From contig CBDFJQ010000002.1 of the NCBI GenBank assembly GCA_965248575.1, positions 2,560,001 through 2,624,000 of the forward strand: DNA of 64,000 nt, in the 5' to 3' direction. The position numbers were made by a program, and so were the translations under genes. The notes below the pieces were generated by a model that worked only from the letters and a program-made list of their open reading frames with translations, ran no database searches and was not told where the DNA came from. Numbering within the stretch: position 1 is the first letter of the stretch; every line of letters starts with the position of its first letter. Of this stretch, positions 8,632 through 17,408 are shown one piece after another. This DNA is from Planctomycetota bacterium (GTDB lineage: Bacteria > Planctomycetota > B15-G4).

Positions 8632-10047
8632 ATGCCCCTTCCCCAGAGTCCGTGGCCGCGTTCCGCGTCCACTCCAAGCCCCGCTCCCCCACGACCTCCC
8701 GCATCGTCGGCGCAACGACACCTGCTCCGACTCTCGTGTGCCGCCGCCGTCTTGCTGACGCCCACCGTTCTCCGGGCGCAGACATCCAACGACGAGCTGT
8801 TCGAGGCGCTGCGGGAAGCCCTCGCCACCATCGCCGCCCTGGAACAACGGGTGGAGGCCCTCGAGGCAGCCAATCCCGCGCAAGACCCGCTGGAGGCCCA
8901 GCTGCAACGGCTCATCGGCCGCGAGGGGTCGGCGCCGCCGCGGCGCACGGTCTTCCCCAGTTCGCTCAACCCGCGCATTGGCGTCTTCATGGACGCCGTG
9001 GCCACGGCAGGAAACGTCAAGGAAGCCCCGGGCGAGAATGCCGACCGCTTCTCTCTCCGTGAGACGGAGGTCGACTTCCGGTTACCTGTCTCGCCCTTCG
9101 CAGAGGGCGTCCTGATTGCGGCCTTCGAAGATGCCGGAAGCGGAGAATTCGAATCCCTCATCGAAGAGGGCTACGCGGACATCGCGCTCGGGACCTTCTT
9201 CGACAACCCCTCGGCCTCACGTGCGAAACTCGGTCGCTTCCGGGTGCCCTTCGGCCACGACAACAAGTTGCACACCCATGACCTGCTTCAGGTCGATCGA
9301 CCTGTGAGCAGCAGCCGACACCTGGGAGAGGAAGGTCTGATCGGCGACGGCATCGAAGTGACCATCCCGCTTGGGAGCAGCGAATCCGACGATGGCCTGG
9401 GCCAGGCCACGACGCTCCAACTCGCGGTGGTCAACGGCGAGGCGCTGACCGGCGAGGAAGGCGCCTTGGGCGCGGCCTTCGACGGTACGGGCGTCGACCT
9501 CGCCTCCGATGCGCCCATCCTCGTGGCACGCGCCTCCCACTTCGTGGAGTTGGGTGAACGCTCGGACCTGGAGTTTGGCGCGTCCTACCTGGACGGGGTC
9601 TCCAAGAACGCCATCACCACGAGCACGGGCGGAGAGGTCACGCCGCGCATGTTCGGCGTCGACGCCACCTGGCGGCAGCGGGATGACGAAAGCGGCGTGG
9701 GCAGCTGGTTGGTGTCCGCCGAGTTCCTGCAGTCCGACTTCGGGTACAGGGGCCCCTCAGTCTTCGAGGGCAAGCGTCAGCGCGGCGCCAGCGTGACGGC
9801 ACAACGCCAACTCACTCCCTCAGTCTACGCAGGCTTGCGGGTCGGCAAGACCGATGAGCTCGGAACCGGGGTCGAGGTCAAGGAGGCCTCGCCCTACGTC
9901 TCCTGGTATGCGGACGAGTTCTTCAGGCTCCGCGTCCAGGGCCAGCACCTGGAGATGGACCCCGGCCGCCATGCCACGCGGGTGTTCCTGCAGGCCAGCT
10001 GGAACTTCGGAGCCCACTCGACCCACCCGTACTGGACCAATCGATGA
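8632..10047 (+). CDS. Outer-membrane beta-barrel protein associated with a metal ABC importer
   Basis: Signal peptide, short coiled coil, LNPRIGV, SLRETEV, KLGRFRVPFG..NKLHTHD, amphipathic strands, C-terminal FGAHSTHPY. Confidence 0.75.
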   Translation: MPLPQSPWPRSASTPSPAPPRPPASSAQRHLLRLSCAAAVLLTPTVLRAQTSNDELFEALREALATIAALEQRVEALEAANPAQDPLEAQLQRLIGREGSAPPRRTVFPSSLNPRIGVFMDAVATAGNVKEAPGENADRFSLRETEVDFRLPVSPFAEGVLIAAFEDAGSGEFESLIEEGYADIALGTFFDNPSASRAKLGRFRVPFGHDNKLHTHDLLQVDRPVSSSRHLGEEGLIGDGIEVTIPLGSSESDDGLGQATTLQLAVVNGEALTGEEGALGAAFDGTGVDLASDAPILVARASHFVELGERSDLEFGASYLDGVSKNAITTSTGGEVTPRMFGVDATWRQRDDESGVGSWLVSAEFLQSDFGYRGPSVFEGKRQRGASVTAQRQLTPSVYAGLRVGKTDELGTGVEVKEASPYVSWYADEFFRLRVQGQHLEMDPGRHATRVFLQASWNFGAHSTHPYWTNR

Positions 10048-11015
10048 TGATCGCCGCCACGATCGCTCTTGCACTGACTTGCTTGTCGTCCGCAGCGCAA
10101 TGGGCCGTTCCTGCGGGGGTCTCCGCCCCCCAACCGCTGCCCAGTAGTCCTCAGCTGCCAGCCACCCCCCTCAAGGTCATCGCGACCATTCCGACCTACG
10201 CCGAGCTGGCCAAGATCATCGGCGGCGACCATGTCGAAGTCGTGCTGCTCACGCGCCCCGCGCAAGACGTGCACTCGGTGAGTGCCACGCCCTCGCTCAT
10301 GGCCAAGATCATCGGTGCCGACCTCTGCCTGCACACCGGACTGGATGCAGAGCTCTGGCTCGAGAGCCTGCTGCAGGGCTCGGGGAACCAACATCTGCTT
10401 CCGGGCAACCCGAAGTCCATCGACCTCTCCGTGGGCATTCCACTGAAGGACGTGCCCGCCGTTGTGGATCGCAGTCGTGGGGACGTGCACGCCTATGGCA
10501 ACACGCACATCTGGAGCGACCCGTACGCCGTACGCAGCATGGCGGTTCAGGTGCGAGATGCCCTGAGCGCCCAACTCCCGGACGCCCAGGACGACATCTC
10601 CGCGCGCCACGCAGCCTTCCACACGGAGCTCACCCAGTCCCTCGTGAAGTGGCTCACCAAGTACCGTTCACTGCAGGGTCAGAAGGTCGTCGTCTACCAC
10701 CAATCGTGGGTCTACTTCCTGGAGCGGTTCGGCCTCGAGCAGGTGGGCACCCTGGAGCCCAAACCGCGTGTGGCGCCGACGGCTTCGCACCTCGCAAAAC
10801 TGGAGGGCCTCATGCAGCAGGATGAAGTGCACGTGATCCTGCGTGAGCCCTATCAACATCCGGAGGCTGCGGACCACGTTGCGAGGGCCACGGGCGCGCA
10901 GGTGTTGGAGCTCTCGACGCACCCCGGCTTTCCAGCCGGCGTCGACGGCCTGCTGGAGCACTTCGAGCACAACCTCGAGGCCTTGGCGGAAGCCCTGAAG
11001 CCACGCGATGCCTGA
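10044..11015 (+). CDS. znuA: Zn/Mn-type ABC transporter substrate-binding protein (cluster A-I)
   Basis: KVIATIP, QDVH, GNTHIWSDP, VVYHQSWVYF, LEPKP..PTASHL. Confidence 0.85.
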   Translation: MMIAATIALALTCLSSAAQWAVPAGVSAPQPLPSSPQLPATPLKVIATIPTYAELAKIIGGDHVEVVLLTRPAQDVHSVSATPSLMAKIIGADLCLHTGLDAELWLESLLQGSGNQHLLPGNPKSIDLSVGIPLKDVPAVVDRSRGDVHAYGNTHIWSDPYAVRSMAVQVRDALSAQLPDAQDDISARHAAFHTELTQSLVKWLTKYRSLQGQKVVVYHQSWVYFLERFGLEQVGTLEPKPRVAPTASHLAKLEGLMQQDEVHVILREPYQHPEAADHVARATGAQVLELSTHPGFPAGVDGLLEHFEHNLEALAEALKPRDA

Positions 11016-11835
11016 ACCCCAAGTCCCCCAGAGCGCGCCCGAAACAGACACCCGGCCGGCCCTGCTGTCGGCCGCAGGCCTCAGCGCGAGCTACGGCTCC
11101 CGGCGCATTCTCCTGGGCATCGACCTGGAGTTGCGACGGGGCGAAGTCACGGCGCTCGTGGGACCGAATGGTTGTGGCAAGACCACCTGCTTGCGGGTGC
11201 TGCTCGGGCTGCTCCCCGCCCAGGCAGGGACTCTCTCGTGGAGCCAGGCCAATCCGCGCATCGGCTATGTGCCCCAAGCCGATGCTTCCGAACAGATCTT
11301 CCCCGTCTCGGCCCTAGAGGTCGTGCTCATGGGGCTGACGGCCAGCCTCGGTGTCTTCCGGCGCCCGCAGAGCAAGGCCCGCGCCCGCTGCCGAGAAGCC
11401 ATGCAGCGCTTCGGTGTGGACTCACTGGCGGGGCGCCCGTTCCGCGAGCTCTCCGGAGGACAGCGGCAACGAGTGCTGCTCGCCCGAGCCCTTGTGGCAG
11501 ATCCCGACTTGCTCGCCCTCGACGAACCCGTGCGCGGCCTGGACTTCGCCAGCTCGACGTCCCTCGTGTCGGCCCTCGGCGACCTGGCGAGGGAACGGAA
11601 CATGGCAATCGTCATTGCCACCCACAGCCTCGAGCTTGTGGCCAACGACGCTCACAAGGTCGCCTTGTTCAAGGATGGCAAGGCGCTCGTCGGGCCGGTC
11701 ACGGAGCTCTTCGATGACCAGACCCTGAGCGAACACATGGGCATCCCCCTGCGCGTGCGGGTGGTGGAGGGCGTCCGCGTCATCCTGCCCGGAGCGGGCA
11801 CCGCAAACAGGCGCCCGGGGGAGCCGAGCCCATGA
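11008..11835 (+). CDS. znuC: Metal ABC transporter ATP-binding protein
   Basis: Walker A GPNGCGKT, IGYVPQ, LSGGQRQR signature, LALDEP, ATH. Confidence 0.9.
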   Translation: MPEPQVPQSAPETDTRPALLSAAGLSASYGSRRILLGIDLELRRGEVTALVGPNGCGKTTCLRVLLGLLPAQAGTLSWSQANPRIGYVPQADASEQIFPVSALEVVLMGLTASLGVFRRPQSKARARCREAMQRFGVDSLAGRPFRELSGGQRQRVLLARALVADPDLLALDEPVRGLDFASSTSLVSALGDLARERNMAIVIATHSLELVANDAHKVALFKDGKALVGPVTELFDDQTLSEHMGIPLRVRVVEGVRVILPGAGTANRRPGEPSP

Positions 11836-13097
11836 GCGGCTGGCTCGACGATACGGCCTTGTCGGCCATTCCGGGCGCGGTGGCAGGCGGTCTCGTAGCA
11901 GGCTCGTTGTTGCCCCTGCTCGGCATGTGGGTGGTCTTGCAACGCGTCGTCTTCCTGGGAGTCACCCTGGCGCAGGTGGCCGCGGCAGGCGTGGCCTTGG
12001 GCCTGGTCCTGGACCTGCCATCGCTGCCCTTCGGCATGCTCATCACCCTGGGCGTCGTGAGCCTCGCCAACTCCAGGAAGCAGATGGCCCGGCTTGGCGA
12101 CGCAAGTCTGGGAGCCGGCTTCTGCGTGGCCTCTGCCCTGGCGCTGCTCTTCATCAGCCGCTCGGCCGCAGACCTCGATGAGGTGCGCCACGTCTTGCAT
12201 GGCAACCTCATCTACGCGACATCCGGTGCGGTGTGGACCGTCGCCCTCACCTTGCTCACGGGCGTCACCCTGATCGGTCTCTGTTTCAAGGAGGTGCTCT
12301 TCTCGGCCTTCGACGCCGAGACGGCCACGGCCTTGGGCCTCGCGGCCCGGCGCTGGCAGCTGCTCTTGTTCCTCGTCCTGGCCGTGGCGCTCTCCGTCAG
12401 CATGCGCACCACGGGTTCGCTGCTGTCTTTCGCCATGCTGATCCTGCCGCCCCTCGCGGCCCTGCGGCTGCGCACTGGCTTGCGGAGCGCCTTCGTGCTC
12501 TCGGGGGCCCTGGGCGGCCTCGGCACCCTCGGCGGGCTGGCCCTGGCCGTCTCCGCAGACCTGCATGTGGAGTCCTCCATCACGCTGGTGCTGTTCCTGC
12601 TCATCCCGGTCTGCGCCGCTTGGCATTGGAAACCAATCGCCGGCCTGGCCCTGGCGGCGCTGCTGGTGGCGGGGGGCCAAGGACTCCAACCTGCGCAGGT
12701 GGAGGACGACCATCTCCATCACCACGACGCGCCGGCAGTCGCCGAGCCCTTCCATGCCGACGTGCACCTGGAGGCTTCACAATCCGTTGACGGCGGCCCC
12801 GTCCGCGTGGAGTGGAGGGCATCTGTTCACACGGAGCAGGACGACCCCGCCCTGCCCGCTGCCCTCTGGCTCGTTGTCTCTGGCGAAACGCTCTTCGACG
12901 AGCACGTGCTCGTGCCCAAGTTGCAGGACCTTCCCACGGGCGACTCAGCCCACTCCGGCACCTTCCTGGCCGAGGCCGACGCGACGCTGCATCGCCTCGA
13001 AGGCCAACTCTGGAGCGGGCCCACGGCCAGCATGGACTCCGAGCCCCTCGACCCACGTCACGCGGCGGTCGAAGGCTGTGATGTGGTCAGGCGCTAG
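11832..13097 (+). CDS. znuB: Metal ABC transporter permease (ABC-3) with His-rich C-terminal soluble extension
   Basis: LGMWVVLQRVVFLGVTLAQVAAAG, LHGNL, FSAFDAETA, GSLLSFAMLILPP; HLHHHD followed by an extra domain. Confidence 0.85.
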   Translation: MSGWLDDTALSAIPGAVAGGLVAGSLLPLLGMWVVLQRVVFLGVTLAQVAAAGVALGLVLDLPSLPFGMLITLGVVSLANSRKQMARLGDASLGAGFCVASALALLFISRSAADLDEVRHVLHGNLIYATSGAVWTVALTLLTGVTLIGLCFKEVLFSAFDAETATALGLAARRWQLLLFLVLAVALSVSMRTTGSLLSFAMLILPPLAALRLRTGLRSAFVLSGALGGLGTLGGLALAVSADLHVESSITLVLFLLIPVCAAWHWKPIAGLALAALLVAGGQGLQPAQVEDDHLHHHDAPAVAEPFHADVHLEASQSVDGGPVRVEWRASVHTEQDDPALPAALWLVVSGETLFDEHVLVPKLQDLPTGDSAHSGTFLAEADATLHRLEGQLWSGPTASMDSEPLDPRHAAVEGCDVVRR

Positions 13098-13148
13098 CCC
13101 TCCGGCGCGCACGAGGACGACCCGAAAGGCACGGCCTGCTCGAAGAGC

Positions 13149-14279
13149 TCAGCGGGGGAAGAGCTCGGGCGCGCTGTCCATGTAGCCCTCGCCCTCGAGC
13201 GCACCCAGGAAGGCGATGACGGCGTCAATCTCTTCCTCGGTCAGGTTCAGCACCTCCATCTTGGGGCTCAAGCTGGGGTTCGCCAGACCGCCCTGGTTGT
13301 AGTGCTCCATGACATCACGCAGGGTCGCCATGGATCCGTCGTGCATGTAGGGGGCGTGCTTGGTGGTCTCGCGCAAGCCCGGCGTCTTGAAGGCTCCCAG
13401 GTCCTCAGGCTTGCCCGTCACGACCATGCGTCCGGCATCGGCGTGCTCGCCCGTGGAGTCATCCCAGCCCACACCCAGGTTGTGGAACAGACTGTCCGTG
13501 AAGGCGCTGCCCACGTGACACGTGGCACAGAGCGCCTTGCCGAAGAAGACCTCCACCCCCAGGATCTCCTGCTCGGTGAGTGGATTGACGTAGCCCGGCT
13601 CCTCGTCGTCCCAGTCGATCCACTGGTCGTAGCGGGAGTTGCCCGAGACTCGAGTGCGCTCGTAGTCGGCCAGGGCCTGAGCGATGCGGTCCAGCGTGAC
13701 GGCCGGGTCCCCGAAGGCACGCTCGAAGAAGGGGACGTAGCCCTCACTGGCGGCGATGTCCTCCACCACGGCCTCATGGGTGTTGCCCATCTCGATCGGA
13801 TTGGCGATGGGGCCGACGGCCTGTTCCTCAAGCGTGGCGGCCCGTCCATCCCAGAACGTCTCGGGGTAGAAGGCGTAGGCTGCGTTCACGAAGCTCGGCG
13901 CCTTGCGCCCACCCTTCTGCCCGCGGATGCCGGTGGAGACAGGGGTGGGCTCGGAGAATGCATTTTCAGGCCGGTGGCAGCTCGCACAGGACAGGCTGTC
14001 ATCCGCGCTGAGGCGGGTGTCGAAGAACAACCAGCGGCCTAGACGGGCGCGCTCCGGGTCCGGCGCGTTCGGTAGATCCCCGAGGGCGAACTCGTGACCC
14101 AGCGGGGTCTCCGGCAGGGGCCGGACGGGGTTCGCGGCCTCCAGCAGCTCCACCGGAGTGCTGCACGCCAAGGGAGCTGGCACGGCGCATTGCTGGGTCG
14201 ATTGGGGCGCCTGCGTACACGCTGGGCTCAGCAGAAGGAAGGCGATCAGGCTGAGTGCAGAGCACGCAGAGCGGGACAT
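13149..14279 (-). CDS. Di-haem cytochrome c peroxidase / MauG family lipoprotein
   Basis: CASCH and CATCH haem sites, FWDGRA, EEQAVGPIANPIEM, FKTPGLRE, PYMHDG; signal peptide ending SPAC. Confidence 0.9.
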   Translation of the reverse strand: MSRSACSALSLIAFLLLSPACTQAPQSTQQCAVPAPLACSTPVELLEAANPVRPLPETPLGHEFALGDLPNAPDPERARLGRWLFFDTRLSADDSLSCASCHRPENAFSEPTPVSTGIRGQKGGRKAPSFVNAAYAFYPETFWDGRAATLEEQAVGPIANPIEMGNTHEAVVEDIAASEGYVPFFERAFGDPAVTLDRIAQALADYERTRVSGNSRYDQWIDWDDEEPGYVNPLTEQEILGVEVFFGKALCATCHVGSAFTDSLFHNLGVGWDDSTGEHADAGRMVVTGKPEDLGAFKTPGLRETTKHAPYMHDGSMATLRDVMEHYNQGGLANPSLSPKMEVLNLTEEEIDAVIAFLGALEGEGYMDSAPELFPR

Positions 14280-14348
14280 GAGGGGGCTCCGGGAGAAGGC
14301 GCCGCTTTGTATAGCAGCTCCTGGCGCGTTGCATCACGCACACTCCTG

Positions 14349-14837
14349 TCAGGTTTGCGCAGCCTCACGCTTCGCCATCTTCAACACGGCCTTGTACTCC
14401 GAGGCCGTGACCGGCTGGACGGACAGGCGGCTCCCGCGACGCAGCAACATCATGTCGGCCAAGGCCGCTTCGGCAGCCAGGGCATCGCGTGTGAGCGGAG
14501 CCTCGAAGGTCTCCACATGTTCGAGATCCACGAGCATCCACGTGGGTTCATCGAGCTTGGATTTAGGGTCGAAGTGCTTGTCCTTGCGATCGAATGCCGT
14601 GGGGTCGGCGTAGGGTTCGGAAGCCACGGCCGCAAGGCCCGCGATGCACATGGGCTTCACGTTGGAGTGGTAGAAGAGCACTCCGTCGCCCAGCTTCATG
14701 TCGTCGCGCATGAGGTTGCGTGCCTGGTAGTTGCGCACGCCGTCCCACATCGTGGATCCATCCCGTTCCAGATCGCGGATGGAATACACGTCCGGCTCGG
14801 ACTTCACCAGCCAGTAGCGCTTCTTGGCAGCGCTCAC
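14349..14837 (-). CDS. EVE domain-containing protein
   Basis: YWLVKSEP, WDGVRNYQARN, FYHSN, RLSVQPV; GTG 14837 overlaps the orn stop. Confidence 0.92.
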   Translation of the reverse strand: MSAAKKRYWLVKSEPDVYSIRDLERDGSTMWDGVRNYQARNLMRDDMKLGDGVLFYHSNVKPMCIAGLAAVASEPYADPTAFDRKDKHFDPKSKLDEPTWMLVDLEHVETFEAPLTRDALAAEAALADMMLLRRGSRLSVQPVTASEYKAVLKMAKREAAQT

Positions 14838-15487
14838 GCAGGCCGCCGCTTCGTCTGGTCTGGGTCGTTCGACCCGGGCTCCCCGGCCTTGACCGACTTG
14901 GACGCCTCGGACGTCGAGCCCTTGGCCGACGTGTCTTCCGGCACCAGCCACTTGTCCTTGTAGTGCTTCAGCTCGGCGATGGACTCGCGGATGTCGTCCA
15001 TGGCCCGGTGCTGGTCACCCTTCTTCGGGGCGCCGCTGATGGCATGCACATTCCAGCGCGTCGCACATTCCTTGAAGGAGCTCACGTCGATGCAGCGGTA
15101 GTGCAGGAAGGCGTCCAGCTCAGGCATCTGCATCTTGAGGAACATGCGGTCGCACCAGATCGAGTTGCCGCACAACGGGAGCGAGCGCCCCTTGGCGTGC
15201 TTCTTCAAGAAGGCCAGGGTCTCCCGTTCGGCGTCGGCCACATTGATGGACGAGCGCCGCACCTGTTCCGTCAGCCCCGACTTCTCGTGCATTCCGCGCA
15301 CGATGGGAATCATGCGGGAGAGGTGATCGTCCGTGGTGTAGATGATCAGCTCCGGCCCCTCAGCAACGAGATTGAGTTGCGCGTCCGTAAGCAGCGTGGC
15401 GATCTCGATGATGGTGTTGCGTTTGGGGTCGAGACCGGTCATTTCCAGGTCGACCCAGCACAGCAAATCGCTTCGTACAGAGCTCAA
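14834..15487 (-). CDS. orn: Oligoribonuclease
   Basis: WVDLEMTGLD, MHEKSGL, LCGNSIWCDR, HYRCIDVSS, HRAMDDIRESIAELKHY (DEDDh). Confidence 0.95.
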   Translation of the reverse strand: MSSVRSDLLCWVDLEMTGLDPKRNTIIEIATLLTDAQLNLVAEGPELIIYTTDDHLSRMIPIVRGMHEKSGLTEQVRRSSINVADAERETLAFLKKHAKGRSLPLCGNSIWCDRMFLKMQMPELDAFLHYRCIDVSSFKECATRWNVHAISGAPKKGDQHRAMDDIRESIAELKHYKDKWLVPEDTSAKGSTSEASKSVKAGEPGSNDPDQTKRRPA

Positions 15488-17382
15488 GGACTCGTTTCCT
15501 CCGCATGGAACCAGCGTTCGAGAACCAGAAGGGTATACAGCGTCTCGTGCGCCGCAAGCCTTCCCTCACGATGCCCCCTCAACAGGACGGCAACGGCATC
15601 CTGGTCGAAGTGCCCCCGGCTGCGGGCTTCCGGCGAAAGCAGCACCTGCTCGGCGTGATGCCCCAGGGCGCCACGAAACCAGGAGTCCAGGGGGACTCCG
15701 AAACCCTGCTTGGGTCCATGCAGCACATCGGCCGGCAGGCGACGCCGGAGGGCAGCCCGCAGGACATGCTTGGACTGCCTGCCGTGCAGCTTTTGGTCGG
15801 CCGGGAGCGAGGCGGCGTACTCCATGAGGCGGCGATCCAAGAAGGGTGAACGCGCCTCCAAGGAGTGGGCCATGGAGTTGATGTCCACCTTGACGAGCAC
15901 GTCGTCGGGCAGATAGCGCCGAACATCGAGAGCGAGGGCCTCGTTGATGCCGAGCGGGGCCGTGCTGTCGGGCCCGTAATGCGTGGGCGTGCCCCAGCGC
16001 TCCCGGGCTTCAGGCGTCAACAGGGCACCGAGCACCTGGGGCGGCGTTGCCAACCTCCACAAATGGTTGCGTTGCCGCGGGGAGGCATCGAGCGCGTTGC
16101 AGAAGCGGTCCAGGCGAGTGCCCAGGGAGCGGTGGCCCGCCGAGCCCAGCGCCATGGCGAGATGCCGACCGAGGGAGAGGGCCGAGCGCGCTCGACGCCC
16201 CCAGCGGGAATCGAAACGCTGCGCCAGTCGCAGGGCCTTGTACCGGTCGTAGCCCGCGAAGGACTCATCGCCCCCGTCGCCCGTGAGCACGACCTTCACA
16301 TGCTGGGAGGCAAGCCGGCTGACCATCCAGGTGGGTATGGAGCTGCTGTCCGCGAACGGCTCCCCGTGATGGAGGAGCAGCTCGTCCAGCAGGGACACCG
16401 CGTCGGGCAGGACCAGCTCTTCGTGATGCTGCGTGTCGAAGAGCCGGGCCACGCGCCGCGCCCGGGGCGTCTCGTCGTAGGCGGCGTCCTCGAACCCGAT
16501 CGTGAACGTCTTGACCTTCCCACCCATCTGGCGCGCCATCTCGGCCACGACAGCAGCGCTGTCCAGCCCACCTGAGAGTAGGGCCCCCAAGGGGACATCG
16601 GACATGAGGCGGCGCCCGACAGCCTGCTCCAGCAAGCCCCCGACCCGCTCCGCTGCCTCGTCAAGACTCGGCGAGCTCGCACGCTCCGGGCCGGGCGGGA
16701 GCTTCCAGTAGCAGGTCGTCTGCACCCGCCCGTTCTCCGCGACGAGCACATGCCCGGGAGCCAACTTGCGGGCACCGAGCCAGGCCGAAGAGGGCTGGGG
16801 AATGCAGCGGAAAGCCAGGAAGTCGGCCAAGGCTTGATCATCCGGGCGGCGATCCCAGTCGGGGTCGCACTTGAGCGCCGAAAACTCGCTGGCGAAGGAG
16901 AGCCCGTTCGCCGCAGCCGCATACACCAGGGGCTTCTGGCCGACCCGGTCGCGCCCCAGGACGAGACGCTGCGCCTCCACATCCCAGAGCGCAAAGGCGA
17001 ACATGCCGTCCAGGCGATCAACGAAGTGCGGACCCTCGCTCTCCCAGTACTCGCGATAGAGGGGCAACAGCACCTCGCTGTCGCAGCGGCTCGAGAACTG
17101 ATGGCCCTTGGCTGAGAGGGAGGCTCGCAGCTCCTGGTGGTTGTAGATCTCGCCGTTCACCACCAGCGCAACCCGGCCATCCGCGCTGAACATGGGCTGT
17201 CGGCCCGCGGGGCTCAGGTCCACGATGGCCAGACGCCGCTGCCCCAGGGACAGGGGCCCGTGGGTGGACAGACCCTCGTCGTCAGGGCCACGGTGTACGA
17301 GCGCCGAGAGCATGGCGCGCACCGTGTCCTCGGCGCCCGGCCGTGTCGCGTCGAACCAGAGCTTTCCCGCGATGCCGCACAT
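15484..17382 (-). CDS. asnB: Asparagine synthase (glutamine-hydrolysing) family amidotransferase
   Basis: MCGIAG, HRGPD, NGEIYN, LSGGLDS, LTGDGGDE, SMAHSLEARSPFLD, KQGF. Confidence 0.93.
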   Translation of the reverse strand: MCGIAGKLWFDATRPGAEDTVRAMLSALVHRGPDDEGLSTHGPLSLGQRRLAIVDLSPAGRQPMFSADGRVALVVNGEIYNHQELRASLSAKGHQFSSRCDSEVLLPLYREYWESEGPHFVDRLDGMFAFALWDVEAQRLVLGRDRVGQKPLVYAAAANGLSFASEFSALKCDPDWDRRPDDQALADFLAFRCIPQPSSAWLGARKLAPGHVLVAENGRVQTTCYWKLPPGPERASSPSLDEAAERVGGLLEQAVGRRLMSDVPLGALLSGGLDSAAVVAEMARQMGGKVKTFTIGFEDAAYDETPRARRVARLFDTQHHEELVLPDAVSLLDELLLHHGEPFADSSSIPTWMVSRLASQHVKVVLTGDGGDESFAGYDRYKALRLAQRFDSRWGRRARSALSLGRHLAMALGSAGHRSLGTRLDRFCNALDASPRQRNHLWRLATPPQVLGALLTPEARERWGTPTHYGPDSTAPLGINEALALDVRRYLPDDVLVKVDINSMAHSLEARSPFLDRRLMEYAASLPADQKLHGRQSKHVLRAALRRRLPADVLHGPKQGFGVPLDSWFRGALGHHAEQVLLSPEARSRGHFDQDAVAVLLRGHREGRLAAHETLYTLLVLERWFHAEETSP

Positions 17383-17408
17383 GGAGCGTCAGCTCGCGTG
17401 GATCAGGG

